64,000 nt of DNA from Polyangiales bacterium (GTDB lineage Bacteria; Myxococcota_A; Polyangia; Polyangiales; Polyangiaceae). The translations under genes and the position numbers were made by a program. Where the stretch lies: positions 108,340-172,339 of the forward strand of contig JBBRLQ010000003.1 of the NCBI GenBank assembly GCA_038231275.1, read 5' to 3'. Below the pieces are notes generated by a model. It was not told where the DNA came from, did no database searches, and was given only the letters and a program-made list of their open reading frames with translations. Positions 51,782 to 61,848 of this stretch are shown piece after piece. How positions within the stretch are numbered: the stretch's first letter is position 1; each line of letters begins with the position of its first letter.

Positions 51782-53205
51782 CGGCGCTTGTCCAAAATCG
51801 AGGTGCCCGGCGGCGGTGGCGTCACCGGAGGACGCGCGGTGGCCGTCGGCTTGGTCCGCGGCGGCGGATCGTCCTTCGCGGCGACCGCAGAACCGGTCGC
51901 GGTCGCCGGCGGAGTCGCGGTGTCGGTCGGCGTCGGAATCGGAGTCGGAGTCGGAGTCGGAGTCGGAGTCGGAGTCGGAGTCGGAGTCGCCGTCGGCGTC
52001 GCGGCCGCGTGCGAGGCCGCGCGGCGCGGGCCGATCACGGCGAGCGTGCCGACGACGAGCACGCCGAGCACCACCGCGGCGGCCGCGAGGATCGCGACGA
52101 TCCCCGCGCGGCTCGGTCCCGTCTCCGGCGGCGCCGCCCACGCGCGTTGTGCGCTCGCCGACTGCGCCATTCCGGTCGTCATCGGCGGGCGAGGCGGCGG
52201 CGCGCTGAGGTTTTGCGGGATCGGCGTGCTCGGCAACGACGGCTCGACCGGCTGCGGCGCCGCCGCCGCGCGGGCAGCCGCGAGCGGCGCGAGGTTGGCG
52301 CTCATCCTCTCCAGATCCCGCCTCACGTCCCGCGTCCCGAACGGCGCCAGCGCGTAGGCGAGCTCCGCGACGTTCTGGAAGCGCGCGTCGCGATCGCGCG
52401 CGAGGCAGCGCCCGACGATCTGATCGATCGCCGGCGGCACGTCCGGGCGGCGCTCACGAAGCGGCACCAGCGGCTGCTCCAAAATCGCGACGAAGAGCTC
52501 GCCCAGCGTCTCCCCCGAGAAAGGCGTCGCGCCGCTGAGGAGCTCGTACAAGATGACGCCCATCGCCCAGATGTCGGCGCGCGTGTCCACCGTGCGCGAG
52601 CTCCGGAACTGCTCCGGCGAGATGTAGAGCGGCGAGCCGAGGAGCGCGCGCGTCGAGGTCTGCGCCATGTCCGGCGACGTGTCGATCGACGATTTGGAGA
52701 TGCCGAAGTCGAGGACCTTGAGGACCTCGGACCCATCCGGCCACTTCGCGATGAACAGGTTCGACGGTTTTAGATCGCGGTGCACGATGTGGAGCGCGTG
52801 CGCCGCCGAGAGCGCCTCGAGGGCTTGGATGGCGTAGTCGACGGCGAGCGGCACCGGGAGCGGTCCGTCTTTCCGGAGGACGCGCCCGAGATCGCGTCCG
52901 TCGAGGAGCTCCATGAGGATGAACGGCACGCCGGTGTCGAGCGTCCCGACGTCCATCACCTTGGCGACGTGCTCGCTCTTGATGCGCGCGCACGCCCGCG
53001 CCTCGTGGAGGAAGCGGCGCGTCGTGTCCTCGTTCATCACCTCGGGCAAGAGGAGCTTCAGCGCGACCGGCTGCTCGAGCAGCTCGTGACGCGCCGCGAA
53101 GACGACGCCCATTCCGCCGCGACCCACCAACCGCTCGACGCGGTAGCGGCCGCCGAGCACCAGCTCCCCCGCGCGGGGGAGGAGGGCGGCGGACGCGTCG
53201 GACAT
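51778..53205 (-). CDS. Membrane-anchored Ser/Thr protein kinase with extracellular (Thr-Pro)n tail
   Basis: Kinase motifs (GRGGMGVVFAA, VALK, HRDLKPSNLF, DFG, SPE). Pro-rich linker, TM helix (IVAILAAAAVVLGVLVVGTLAVI), then a TPTPTPTP repeat tail. Confidence 0.85.
   Translation of the reverse strand: MSDASAALLPRAGELVLGGRYRVERLVGRGGMGVVFAARHELLEQPVALKLLLPEVMNEDTTRRFLHEARACARIKSEHVAKVMDVGTLDTGVPFILMELLDGRDLGRVLRKDGPLPVPLAVDYAIQALEALSAAHALHIVHRDLKPSNLFIAKWPDGSEVLKVLDFGISKSSIDTSPDMAQTSTRALLGSPLYISPEQFRSSRTVDTRADIWAMGVILYELLSGATPFSGETLGELFVAILEQPLVPLRERRPDVPPAIDQIVGRCLARDRDARFQNVAELAYALAPFGTRDVRRDLERMSANLAPLAAARAAAAPQPVEPSLPSTPIPQNLSAPPPRPPMTTGMAQSASAQRAWAAPPETGPSRAGIVAILAAAAVVLGVLVVGTLAVIGPRRAASHAAATPTATPTPTPTPTPTPTPTPIPTPTDTATPPATATGSAVAAKDDPPPRTKPTATARPPVTPPPPGTSILDKRR
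51941..51988. repeat. Coding hexanucleotide microsatellite (GGAGTC)8 with imperfect flanking copies, encoding (Thr-Pro)n in the kinase tail
   Basis: Seen directly; eight perfect tandem copies. Confidence 0.8.
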
Positions 53206-53400
53206 GGCGTTAGGCTACTTTGTGCGCTGCGGAATCGCCAATCGAGAGTGCCTCCCGCCGGGCATCCATGCATTCGGTCGGGCGTTTGGCGCGCCGGGGG
53301 AACCTTCGGCCTATCCGATTGTCATGTCGCGCAATTGGGCAGATCCTTCTCGTTTGCGGCGCGTATCACGCGCACGAATCGCCATCCCTAGGGGGACCTC

Positions 53401-56400
53401 ATGACCGACTCCGCGACCGTTCCCGAACCGCGCGTGTTCCGCCTCTCTCGCCGCATGCTGATCCTCGGGGTCGCGGCGCTCGCCGGCGTCCTCGGGATCG
53501 TGGTGTGGCTCGTCACGCGAACGCCTGCCCCCGCGCGCGCGCGCAGCATCGGCGCGCGTCTCGAGCTCGCGGCCGGCGACGTCGCGGTCTCCGAGAACAA
53601 GGCGAGCAGCAAAGCCCTCAGCGGCACGCCGCTCGCGATCGGCTCCCACATCGCCACGGGCAAGGGCTCACGCGCCCTCGTGCGCACCGGTGATGGCGCC
53701 GCCGTGTTCCTGCGCGGCGAGACGGAGATCGTGCTCGACGACAAAGGGCTCACCATCGAGTCCGGCGAGGTGTGGCTCGACGCGCCCAAGGTCGACAATG
53801 ACGCGATCGAGGTCGCGCTCGGCAAGCACACGCTCAGCGCGAGCGACTCGGGTCTCTCGATCACGCGCAAGGGCGATGAGGTCACGGTCTACGTCGCGCG
53901 CGGGCTCTCCATCCTCACGTCGCCGGGCGGGCGCGTCGAGATCAACCAAGGCGAGCAAGGCATCATCCACGCGACCGAGGCGCCCAAGGTCTCGGCCGTG
54001 AAGTTCTGGCAGGACTGGACCGGCGGCATGGGCGACTCGCACGCGTCGCACGGCGCGATGGGCAGCGGCTCGGGGCGAATCTATGGCCTCGATCCGGGCG
54101 CCCCGCCCGGCGCGCCCGCGAAGAAGCTCGGCATCGCGCAGCAGAGCGTTCGCGCCGTGGTGCGCGACGGCATCGCCGAGACCGAGGTCGATCAGACGTT
54201 CTCGAACCCCGGCAGCCAGTCGATCGAGGGCTGGTACTGGTTCACGATCCCGCCGCAAGCGATCGTCACGAGCTTCGCGCTCGAGACCGACGGGCACCTC
54301 GTCGAGGGTGAGGTCATCGAGCGCCGCGAGGCGGCCGCGCGCTACCAGGCGGCGGTCACGCAGGCGAAGGATCCGGCGCTCCTCGAGTGGGTCGACGGCC
54401 GCACCTACCGCGCGCGCATCTTCCCGATCCCGCAGAGCGGCACGCGCCGCGTCGTGCTCCGTTACATGGAGACGCTCCCGCGCGTCGACGGCAAGGTTCG
54501 CTACGTCTACCCGATGCGCTCGGACGATCCGCCGCGCTTCGACGAGTTCGCGCTCTCCGTGGATCTCGGCGACATCGGTCCCAAGGTGCAGGTGTCGACG
54601 TCGCTCGACGCGCGCGTGGAGTCGGGCGGGCGCCTCGTGTCGATGCGCCGCAGCGGCTACGTGCCGCGCGCCGATTTCCAGCTCGAGATGGGGGCCGACA
54701 AGAAGGCGCCCGCCGTGCGCGCGTGGCGCTTCGAGGCGGGGACCGACAAGGCCGACTACGTGATGATGCGCTACGTCCCCGAGGTCGATTTCGCGGCGCT
54801 CCCGCCGGCGAAGGGTGAGCTCGTCGTCGTGGTCGACACGTCGGCCGGCGGTGACGAGGCGGCGCGCGCGCTTCGCATGTCGGCGGCGGAGGCGATCCTC
54901 CGCGCGCTCTCCGACGACGATCGCTTCGCCTTGGTGGCGCTCGACGTCGCGCCCACCGTCGTCTACCCGAAGGACGGCCTCGCGCAGGCGACCGACGGCG
55001 ACATCTCCAAGGCCCTCGAGAAGCTCTCCGATCACGCTGTCGGTGGCGCGACGGATCTCGGCGCGATGTTCGAGCCCGCGCTCGAGCGCCTTCACAACAC
55101 CGAGCAGCCCGCCGTCGTGTATGTCGGCGACGGCGCGGCGACGAGCGGCGAGACGAGCTCCGACGCCCTCCTCGAGCGCTTGCGCCGCTCGCTCACCGGA
55201 ACGCGCGCGCGCCTCTTCGCGGTCGGCGTCGGCGCGGATGCGCGTCACGATCTCCTCGGCCAGCTCACACGCGCCGGCGGCGGGCAGTACCTCCGCATCG
55301 ACGAAGGGGACCAGACGACGGGGCAAGCGCTCCGCCTCACGAGCGCGATCAAGACGCCGACGATCACCGATCTCGACATCGATATCGGCGCCGGTCTCGA
55401 TCAGCCCTTTTACTCGGCGACCGGCAAGCTCACGCGCGGCGAGGAGCTGCTCCTGCTCGCGCGCACGCACCACCCGCTCCCGCAGAAGGTGAAGGTCAAG
55501 GGGCGCGTCGGCGGGAAGCCCTTCGACGAGGAGTACCCGCTCACCGTCGAGTCCGGCGTGACGACGTCGCTCGTTCCGCGCCTGTGGGCTGCAGAATACA
55601 CGCGTCGCCTCCTCGGCAGCGGCGGCGCGTCGGAGGACAACCGCGGCAAGGTGCTGGACCTCGGGGTCGAGTACGGCCTCATGACGCCGTACACGAGCAT
55701 CCTCGCGCTCGACAGCGAGAGCGCGTATGCGCGCCAGGGGATCCCGCGCCGCAAGACGAAGCTCCGCGGCGAGCGACTCACTGCGATCACGAGTCCCGAG
55801 AAGGAGCACGAGCTCGCGGCCCTCTACGCGCCGACCTTTCCGATGACGGCGATGGGCTGCGACAAGCGCTCCGCCTCGGCGTCGCACGCCGACGACATGG
55901 AGCAACAAGGTGGCACCGGTGCGCGCGCGAAGGGCGAGGAGGGATCGATGGGAAATCCGTCGCCGCCGACCGCGCAGGTCGCCGCCGTGCCCCAAGCGGG
56001 TCCGAGGGAGGCGACGTTCGCTGACGGCGATCGAAAGGAAGATTCGATTCCGTCGGCGCCCGGGAGCCCGCCCCCGTCGGATCCGAACGGGAACCTGAAG
56101 CTCTCGGCCGGAGGCTCTCCGATCGCCGCCGGAAACAACGGAGCCGGCCTCACGGGGATCGGCGGCGGCGGCGGCGGCGCCAACAAGCCCGTGGCGACCC
56201 CGCCCGCGCCGCGGCGAACCGGTCCGGCCGGCGCGAAGACGGCGCCGAAGGCCGTCATGAAAGATGGGCGTGACCTCATCGAGGAAAAGCAGCTCGCGCT
56301 CGACGCCGACCGGACCCGCGCCAACGCCCTCTCCGCGCTTCGCCCCGCGTGGCCTGCGATCCCGCGCGCGTCTCTCTCGCGATGCAGCGACGCCGCCGCG

Positions 56401-57651
56401 CGCCCGCTCGCCGAGCGCATCGTGTTGTGGCAAAAGCGCGCAAAAAAGGCGCAAAACGCCTACGAGCTCGTCTCGCAGTACGAGATGGCGCGCGCGTCGT
56501 GCGAGCTCCCCGACTGGCGCGATCAGGCGGCGCTCCTCGACTTGCTCCAGCAGCGCGTCGACACCGAAGGCGGCGCCGAGTACGTGCTCGGCCACTTCGC
56601 CGGTGAGACCGACGCGCAGCGTTTCGTGGCGCGCTCGATCTTGCGCCGCACCGTGGACCTCCACCTCGCCGCCGCCGTCGGGCGCGTGCTCTTCGGCAGC
56701 AACGTCGACTGGCAGAAGGTCGACCGCGATCTCCTCGACACCGACAAGGCCGACGCACGCCTCGGAAAGCTCAAGGTCGCGATGGCCGTGGCGCCCGGCG
56801 ATCCGTCGGGCGACGTTCGTTACGTGCGCCTCCTCGCGCAGCTCGATCAGAAGCAGGAGGCGATCGCGTACGGACGACGCCTCCGTGATCGCGGCTTCTT
56901 GACGCCGACCCTCGCGCAGCAGCTCGGCGACGTGCTCTCGTCGGCCGGCGAGAAGGACGAGGCGCTCCGCACCTACTCGGAGATCGTCGAGTTCGACGGC
57001 GGAAATCCCGCGTCGCGCCGCGTCCTCGGGGACATCTTCCTGCGCCAGGGGTGGTACGCGGCGGCGTACCGCCAATACAAGACGCTGACCGATCTCGATC
57101 CGAAGGGACAGCTGCCGCGCCTTCGCTTGGCGGCTGCGGCGGCCGGCGCGGGACGCACCGACGAGGCGCTCCGCATCGAGCGCGACGTTGCGACCGGCGA
57201 AGGAAACCCTGGACCGAACGATCCGCGCTACTGGGCGCGTCTCTGGTCGGCCGCGCGCATCGGCGCGCTCATGAGCGAGCAAGGCGCCCCCGCCGCGAGC
57301 AAGGACGCGCTCGCACGCAAGCTCAAGGAGCTCCAATTGTTCAGCGGCCCCGGCGCGTTGTCGCTCGTGTCGTGGGAAGACCTCGACGTCGCGGCGTCGC
57401 TGGTGAACGCCGACGAGAAGAAGGACACGCTCCCCGGCGAGGTCACCGACGCGACGCCCACCGGGCTCTACGCGCTGCTCGTGCGCCCCGAGGTCTTCGC
57501 GAAGACCAACTGGGCGGTGCGCTGGAAGAGCGAGCCGCTCGGCCGCGCGCTTGCGTACAAAGTCACGACGCTGTCGTGGGACGGCCGCGACTTCAAGGTG
57601 GCGATCAAGTCCGGCGAGCTGAAGCCGGGCGATCGTCAGATCGCACTGTAA
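53401..57651 (+). CDS. Large (1416 aa) membrane-anchored protein: FecR-like domain, VIT domain, vWA domain, long C-terminal TPR-like region
   Basis: N-terminal TM helix (LILGVAALAGVLGIVVWLV). VIT-like block (EGWYWFTIP...RARIFPIPQSGTRRVVLRYMETL). vWA MIDAS (VVVVDTSAGG). TPR-like helical repeats near the C-terminus. Confidence 0.8.
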   Translation: MTDSATVPEPRVFRLSRRMLILGVAALAGVLGIVVWLVTRTPAPARARSIGARLELAAGDVAVSENKASSKALSGTPLAIGSHIATGKGSRALVRTGDGAAVFLRGETEIVLDDKGLTIESGEVWLDAPKVDNDAIEVALGKHTLSASDSGLSITRKGDEVTVYVARGLSILTSPGGRVEINQGEQGIIHATEAPKVSAVKFWQDWTGGMGDSHASHGAMGSGSGRIYGLDPGAPPGAPAKKLGIAQQSVRAVVRDGIAETEVDQTFSNPGSQSIEGWYWFTIPPQAIVTSFALETDGHLVEGEVIERREAAARYQAAVTQAKDPALLEWVDGRTYRARIFPIPQSGTRRVVLRYMETLPRVDGKVRYVYPMRSDDPPRFDEFALSVDLGDIGPKVQVSTSLDARVESGGRLVSMRRSGYVPRADFQLEMGADKKAPAVRAWRFEAGTDKADYVMMRYVPEVDFAALPPAKGELVVVVDTSAGGDEAARALRMSAAEAILRALSDDDRFALVALDVAPTVVYPKDGLAQATDGDISKALEKLSDHAVGGATDLGAMFEPALERLHNTEQPAVVYVGDGAATSGETSSDALLERLRRSLTGTRARLFAVGVGADARHDLLGQLTRAGGGQYLRIDEGDQTTGQALRLTSAIKTPTITDLDIDIGAGLDQPFYSATGKLTRGEELLLLARTHHPLPQKVKVKGRVGGKPFDEEYPLTVESGVTTSLVPRLWAAEYTRRLLGSGGASEDNRGKVLDLGVEYGLMTPYTSILALDSESAYARQGIPRRKTKLRGERLTAITSPEKEHELAALYAPTFPMTAMGCDKRSASASHADDMEQQGGTGARAKGEEGSMGNPSPPTAQVAAVPQAGPREATFADGDRKEDSIPSAPGSPPPSDPNGNLKLSAGGSPIAAGNNGAGLTGIGGGGGGANKPVATPPAPRRTGPAGAKTAPKAVMKDGRDLIEEKQLALDADRTRANALSALRPAWPAIPRASLSRCSDAAARPLAERIVLWQKRAKKAQNAYELVSQYEMARASCELPDWRDQAALLDLLQQRVDTEGGAEYVLGHFAGETDAQRFVARSILRRTVDLHLAAAVGRVLFGSNVDWQKVDRDLLDTDKADARLGKLKVAMAVAPGDPSGDVRYVRLLAQLDQKQEAIAYGRRLRDRGFLTPTLAQQLGDVLSSAGEKDEALRTYSEIVEFDGGNPASRRVLGDIFLRQGWYAAAYRQYKTLTDLDPKGQLPRLRLAAAAAGAGRTDEALRIERDVATGEGNPGPNDPRYWARLWSAARIGALMSEQGAPAASKDALARKLKELQLFSGPGALSLVSWEDLDVAASLVNADEKKDTLPGEVTDATPTGLYALLVRPEVFAKTNWAVRWKSEPLGRALAYKVTTLSWDGRDFKVAIKSGELKPGDRQIAL

Positions 57652-57657
57652 TAAAGG

Positions 57658-58746
57658 CTATCCGGGCGCGTCCGGATCGAGCTGGATGGCGACGAGCTCC
57701 GGCGAGGAGCTCGCGATGCTGGCCTTTGGGACGTACGCGTAGCCGTCGTCTCCCCAGCCCTTGCCCCACGAGTTCTTCACGACGAAGAAGTTGCCGATGA
57801 ATCCGACGCACAGCATCGCGTGGTATTCGCGGTGCGGCCAAGCGGCGCGCGGCATGTGGTAGACGCCGTCGCGTCCGATCGCGGTGAACGCATCGCCGGT
57901 GTACATCGAGAGGTTGATCGCCCATCCGGTGCGGAGCGCGTCCTTCGCGTCGTCCACGTGGATGACGAAGACCTTCGCGTCGAGGAGGTGCTTCTCCGCG
58001 TCGGCGGCCATCTCCTCCAACGTGGCCTTGGGGTGCGGATCGTCGTTGGCCCAGAGCGACGCGCGGCAGGTGCCGTGCTTGACGAGCAGCTCGCCGGGTT
58101 GCCACGTCCCCGAGACGCCGTCGCCGCCGAGGTACGCGCGCCGGTAGTCGGTGTGCTCGCCCTGGCGTTTCAGGAACTGGAGCATCGTGAAGCTGCACGC
58201 GAGGTGCGGGAACGGAGTCCCGAGCACATTGCCCGCGAGCTCGATGGCGTGGGTCCACGCGAACGCGTCGCAGCGCAGCGTCTGGCCTTGGTCGCCGACC
58301 GGGGAGCAGTGGCGTCGCATGTCGATCCGCGGCGCGCCGCTCCCGCGCCGGAGCGACGCCGGGACCGCGCCCTTTGCCGGAGCAGGCGCGTGCGTGCGCG
58401 TCCGCTTCGCTTGCGTGAGGTGGACGTCGTCGAAGCGCACGCGCGGCATCGCAGCCCGCACGCGCGTCAGCTCCTCCGCCGAGTCGACCGCGAGCACGCC
58501 GCGCGCCACGATCGCCTCATCGCGCCGATAGAAGCGAAGCCCGCTCGCGCCCCGCGCATGACGCGCAGTCTCCGCGGCGAGCGCCGCATCGAGGCCCGCG
58601 TCTTCGAGAGCGCGGTCACCCTCGTGGAGCGCCCGCGTGTGCGCGGTGTCCCCGAAATGCGGGTGCGCGCCGAAGAGATCCTGCGCCGAGCGCGCGTAGT
58701 CGTCCGCGCTCCAGTCGCCCTCGTCATCCTCCAAATCCGGCGTCAT
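57658..58746 (-). CDS. Papain-like (C1 family) cysteine peptidase homologue, no signal peptide
   Basis: Candidate catalytic Cys in DQGQTLRCDAFAW (papain Q-x-x-x-x-C-W-A-F pattern). C-terminal VVKNSWGKGWGDDGYAYV matches the papain NSWG...GY His/Asn region. Acidic N-terminal extension. Confidence 0.7.
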   Translation of the reverse strand: MTPDLEDDEGDWSADDYARSAQDLFGAHPHFGDTAHTRALHEGDRALEDAGLDAALAAETARHARGASGLRFYRRDEAIVARGVLAVDSAEELTRVRAAMPRVRFDDVHLTQAKRTRTHAPAPAKGAVPASLRRGSGAPRIDMRRHCSPVGDQGQTLRCDAFAWTHAIELAGNVLGTPFPHLACSFTMLQFLKRQGEHTDYRRAYLGGDGVSGTWQPGELLVKHGTCRASLWANDDPHPKATLEEMAADAEKHLLDAKVFVIHVDDAKDALRTGWAINLSMYTGDAFTAIGRDGVYHMPRAAWPHREYHAMLCVGFIGNFFVVKNSWGKGWGDDGYAYVPKASIASSSPELVAIQLDPDAPG

Positions 58747-58841
58747 CCGACCGGCGCCAGCGTACCAGGGGAGGGTACCAACGTGCTCTCACCGATGGGA
58801 AAAGGCGGCGAAATGCAGGTCGCCCGTACTATCCTGACAAT

Positions 58842-59837
58842 ATGCTGTCAAACGATTCGGGTACGTCTTCCATCATGAGAACCCTCTCGTTCGAACGCCC
58901 CGAATCCTTCGACCTCGGCGCCGCGGCGGATTTCTACCGCGGCTTCGTCCCCGGCAGCGGAATGGCCGCGTCGACCGCCGCATCGTCGGCCCTCACGCTC
59001 TCCTTCCATGCGGATCATTCGTTCGCGCCCGTCGCGGTTCGAATGCGTCAAACGGAGAAGCGCCTCTTGGCGGATGTCTTCGGCGACGCGGACGACGTCA
59101 CGGTCCGCGCGCAAGTCGGTCGCATCCTTGGGCTCGAAGGCGACCCGAGTGCGTGGGCGGCGCTCGGGCGGCGTGAGCCCGTGGTGGGCAAGCTGCAGCG
59201 AGAGTTCCCCGGCTTCTTCACGGCCGCGAAGGCGTCGCCGTGGGACGCGGCGACGTGGTCGATCATCGTCCAGCGCGTGAACATGAACCAGGCGGCGCGC
59301 GTGAAGAAGGAGATGGCGCGCGTGCTCGGCGACGCCGTCGACGTGGACGGCGAGGTGCACCACGTGTTCCCCGCGCCCGCGACGGTCCTCGGCCTCGAAA
59401 AATTTCCGGGGCTCTCCGACGAGAAGGTGGCGCGCCTCCGTGGCGTCGCGCAGGCGGCGTGCGATGGAAAGCTCGACGCCGATCGCCTGCGCGCGCTGGG
59501 CGAGGACGCCGCCCTCGCGGAGCTCCAAGAGCTGCGCGGCATCGGGCCGTGGGCGGCGAGCCACGTGTACTTTCGCGGCGCCGCGCCGATCGACGCGCTC
59601 CCGATCGCCGAGCCGCGCGTCCTCCACGCAGTCGCCGACGTGTACGAGTGCCCGGTGCCGTCAATCGAGCGCTTCCAGGAGATCGCCGAGTCGTGGCGCC
59701 CGTTCCGCATGTGGGTCTGCGTGCTGCTCTCGCGTCACCTCGCGCGAACGGACGGCTGGCGCGCGCCGGGCCTCGCGCGGGCGCGTGCTTCGGCGGGCCG
59801 TCGGATCGCGCGCCGCGTCGCCGCTACTTGTACATGA
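58842..59837 (+). CDS. AlkA-like DNA-3-methyladenine glycosylase (HhH-GPD superfamily)
   Basis: AlkA-N-like N-terminal domain followed by HhH-GPD motif (LQELRGIGPWAASHVYFRGA) and a catalytic-Asp region. Start possibly at the internal Met at 58875. Confidence 0.7.
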   Translation: MLSNDSGTSSIMRTLSFERPESFDLGAAADFYRGFVPGSGMAASTAASSALTLSFHADHSFAPVAVRMRQTEKRLLADVFGDADDVTVRAQVGRILGLEGDPSAWAALGRREPVVGKLQREFPGFFTAAKASPWDAATWSIIVQRVNMNQAARVKKEMARVLGDAVDVDGEVHHVFPAPATVLGLEKFPGLSDEKVARLRGVAQAACDGKLDADRLRALGEDAALAELQELRGIGPWAASHVYFRGAAPIDALPIAEPRVLHAVADVYECPVPSIERFQEIAESWRPFRMWVCVLLSRHLARTDGWRAPGLARARASAGRRIARRVAATCT

Positions 59838-60000
59838 CGGTCAACGCCGCGCAGATCGGCAGCGCGGACGACGTTTTGCCGCAAGGGTAGCCCGGACAGC
59901 CTGACCAACGAATCGACGAAGAAAGCCGGCGGAGGGAGACTCCTCGGTGACCCACCATGAACGATAAGCCGCGTCTCAAATTGCGGATAGACTCGACCGC

Positions 60001-60513
60001 ATGCGACGCGCGCTCATGGCGGGGATCTTGATGGGCATCGGTATCGGATGCGGAGGGACCGCGCCTCCGCCGCCGATGACGCCCGACGTGCCGACCGCCG
60101 ACGACGCAGGCGCGCTCCCCACTTCCGTCCCGCCGACTGCAACGGACACGCCCGACGCTGCGGTCGCGCCGCCCGCCTCGACCGCGTCCGCATCGGCGCC
60201 AGAGCCGACGCCCCCGCCGCCCGAGGACAAGTGCGCGCCGGTCGCGCTCGCGTACGAGAAATCGCTCCGCGCGAAGCTCCGTCAGTGTTGGCTCGACGCT
60301 GCGAACAAGAGCAAGGACCGCATCGTCGGCTCCGCGAAGCTCATTCTCGAGATCGACAACTCCGGGAAGGTCATCGGGCAGCGCTTCGCCGAGAAGAGCG
60401 ATCTTCCCGCGCCGATCCAGAAATGCATGATGAAGGCGTTCAAGGCGGAGCCGATCGACGGCAAGAAGTGCGACATGAAGACCTTCACCATCGCTGAAAA
60501 ATTCCCGCGCTAG
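60001..60513 (+). CDS. Lipoprotein with AgmX/PglI-like C-terminal domain
   Basis: Lipobox (GIGIGCGG); Pro/Thr-rich linker. The C-terminal about 90 aa (LRQCWLDAANKSK...IQKCMMKAFKAEPIDGKKCDMKTF) share the Cys pattern with the C-terminus of the 25442-26815 protein. Confidence 0.55.
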   Translation: MRRALMAGILMGIGIGCGGTAPPPPMTPDVPTADDAGALPTSVPPTATDTPDAAVAPPASTASASAPEPTPPPPEDKCAPVALAYEKSLRAKLRQCWLDAANKSKDRIVGSAKLILEIDNSGKVIGQRFAEKSDLPAPIQKCMMKAFKAEPIDGKKCDMKTFTIAEKFPR

Positions 60514-60591
60514 CGGACGGCGAGGTCTCATTTTCGGCCGAAAGCACGCGTCTGCTCGCGTCCGCGACGCTTCAGCGCTAACCCTCCGCGC

Positions 60592-61815
60592 ATGAAGAGC
60601 GCGCTGTTTCTTGGCTTGGCCCCCGCTGTCCTCGTCGCCCTCGCTGCGGCGGCGGGCTGCGGATCGACGTCTACGAACAACCCCGTCGCGGGGAGCGACT
60701 CCGGCGACGACGGTTCCTCCGCGATCGACGGAGGCGCCGACACGAACGCGCCGGCCGACGGCAGCGGCGGCGAGGCCAGCACCGACCCGGGCTCCGACGC
60801 GGGCCCGATCACCGGGGTGACCGACAAGACGTGGACCTGGATCCCCTTCAGCGACACGCAGTGCCGCGACGGCTCGGAGACCGGCGTCGCCGTGAACCTG
60901 AACCCCGCGTCGACGAAGGTGATGATCTACCTCGAGGGCGGCGGCGCCTGCTTCAACACGATCACGTGCGGCGGCAATCCATCGAAGTTCGGCGCCCCCG
61001 AGTTCGACAAGTGGAAAAATCGGACGTTCCACGGCGTCATGGATCGGACTGACGCGTCCAGCGCCGTGAAGGACTGGAACATCGTCTACGTGCCGTACTG
61101 CACCGGCGATGTCCACGCCGGAAATAACCCCGCGGGCGCAGTCCCGGGCACGACGCTCACCCAGGCGTTCGTCGGCTACGCGAACGTCGGCAAATTCCTG
61201 AAGCGCCTCGTGCCGACCTTCACGACCGCCACCCAAGTCCTCCTCACCGGCGTGAGCGCCGGCGGCTTCGGCGCCGCGGCGAACTACGATCAGGTCGCGA
61301 AGGCCTTTGGCAACGTCCCCGTCGACATGCTCGACGACTCCGGACCGCTGATGGAAGATCCGTACGTCGCGCAATGCCTTCAGGACAGCTTCAAGACGCT
61401 GTGGGGCCTCGACACCACCGTCGCGTCGGCGTGCGGCGCCGATTGCACCGGCAACCCGAACTTCATGCTCGGCTACCTCGGCCACATCGCGAAGACCTAC
61501 CCGGCGCGAAAATTCGGCCTCATCGAGTCCACGGCCGACGGAACGATCACCAACTTCTTCGGCTTCGGCGCGAGCAACTGCACCGGGTTTACTCCGGTCC
61601 CGGCGGCCACGTTCGAGGCGGGGCTCCAGGACATCCGCGCGAAGCTCGCCGCCAGCCCGAACTTCGGGGCGTTCTATTTCCCGGGCAACGCGCACACGAC
61701 GCTCGGATCGGCCGAGCTCGACACGCGCAGCACCGCGGCCGAGGCGGGCACCGTGAAGCTGAGCGACTGGGTCACCGCGTTCGTCGGCGGCACGGTCACC
61801 AACGTCGGCCCCTGA
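60592..61815 (+). CDS. Pectin-acetylesterase/Notum-like family hydrolase lipoprotein
   Basis: Lipobox (AAAGCGS). Family motifs YLEGGGACF...VYVPYCTGDVH...LTGVSAGGFG (Ser nucleophile GxSxG). Confidence 0.65.
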   Translation: MKSALFLGLAPAVLVALAAAAGCGSTSTNNPVAGSDSGDDGSSAIDGGADTNAPADGSGGEASTDPGSDAGPITGVTDKTWTWIPFSDTQCRDGSETGVAVNLNPASTKVMIYLEGGGACFNTITCGGNPSKFGAPEFDKWKNRTFHGVMDRTDASSAVKDWNIVYVPYCTGDVHAGNNPAGAVPGTTLTQAFVGYANVGKFLKRLVPTFTTATQVLLTGVSAGGFGAAANYDQVAKAFGNVPVDMLDDSGPLMEDPYVAQCLQDSFKTLWGLDTTVASACGADCTGNPNFMLGYLGHIAKTYPARKFGLIESTADGTITNFFGFGASNCTGFTPVPAATFEAGLQDIRAKLAASPNFGAFYFPGNAHTTLGSAELDTRSTAAEAGTVKLSDWVTAFVGGTVTNVGP

Positions 61816-61848
61816 GACTTCTCCCCCGCGGGCGCGCGGAGGGCGCGA

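Noticed and set aside
51941-51988. Possible CRISPR-like short repeats
   Set aside because: A six-base perfect tandem microsatellite inside a coding region, with no spacers; not a CRISPR array. No CRISPR arrays were found anywhere in the window.
50753-52141. Long upstream extension of the PEGA-protein ORF encoding (Ser-Asp)n
   Set aside because: The SD repeat is just the alternative frame of the kinase (Thr-Pro)n hexamer repeat. The real start is the GTG at 51781, directly preceding a signal peptide.
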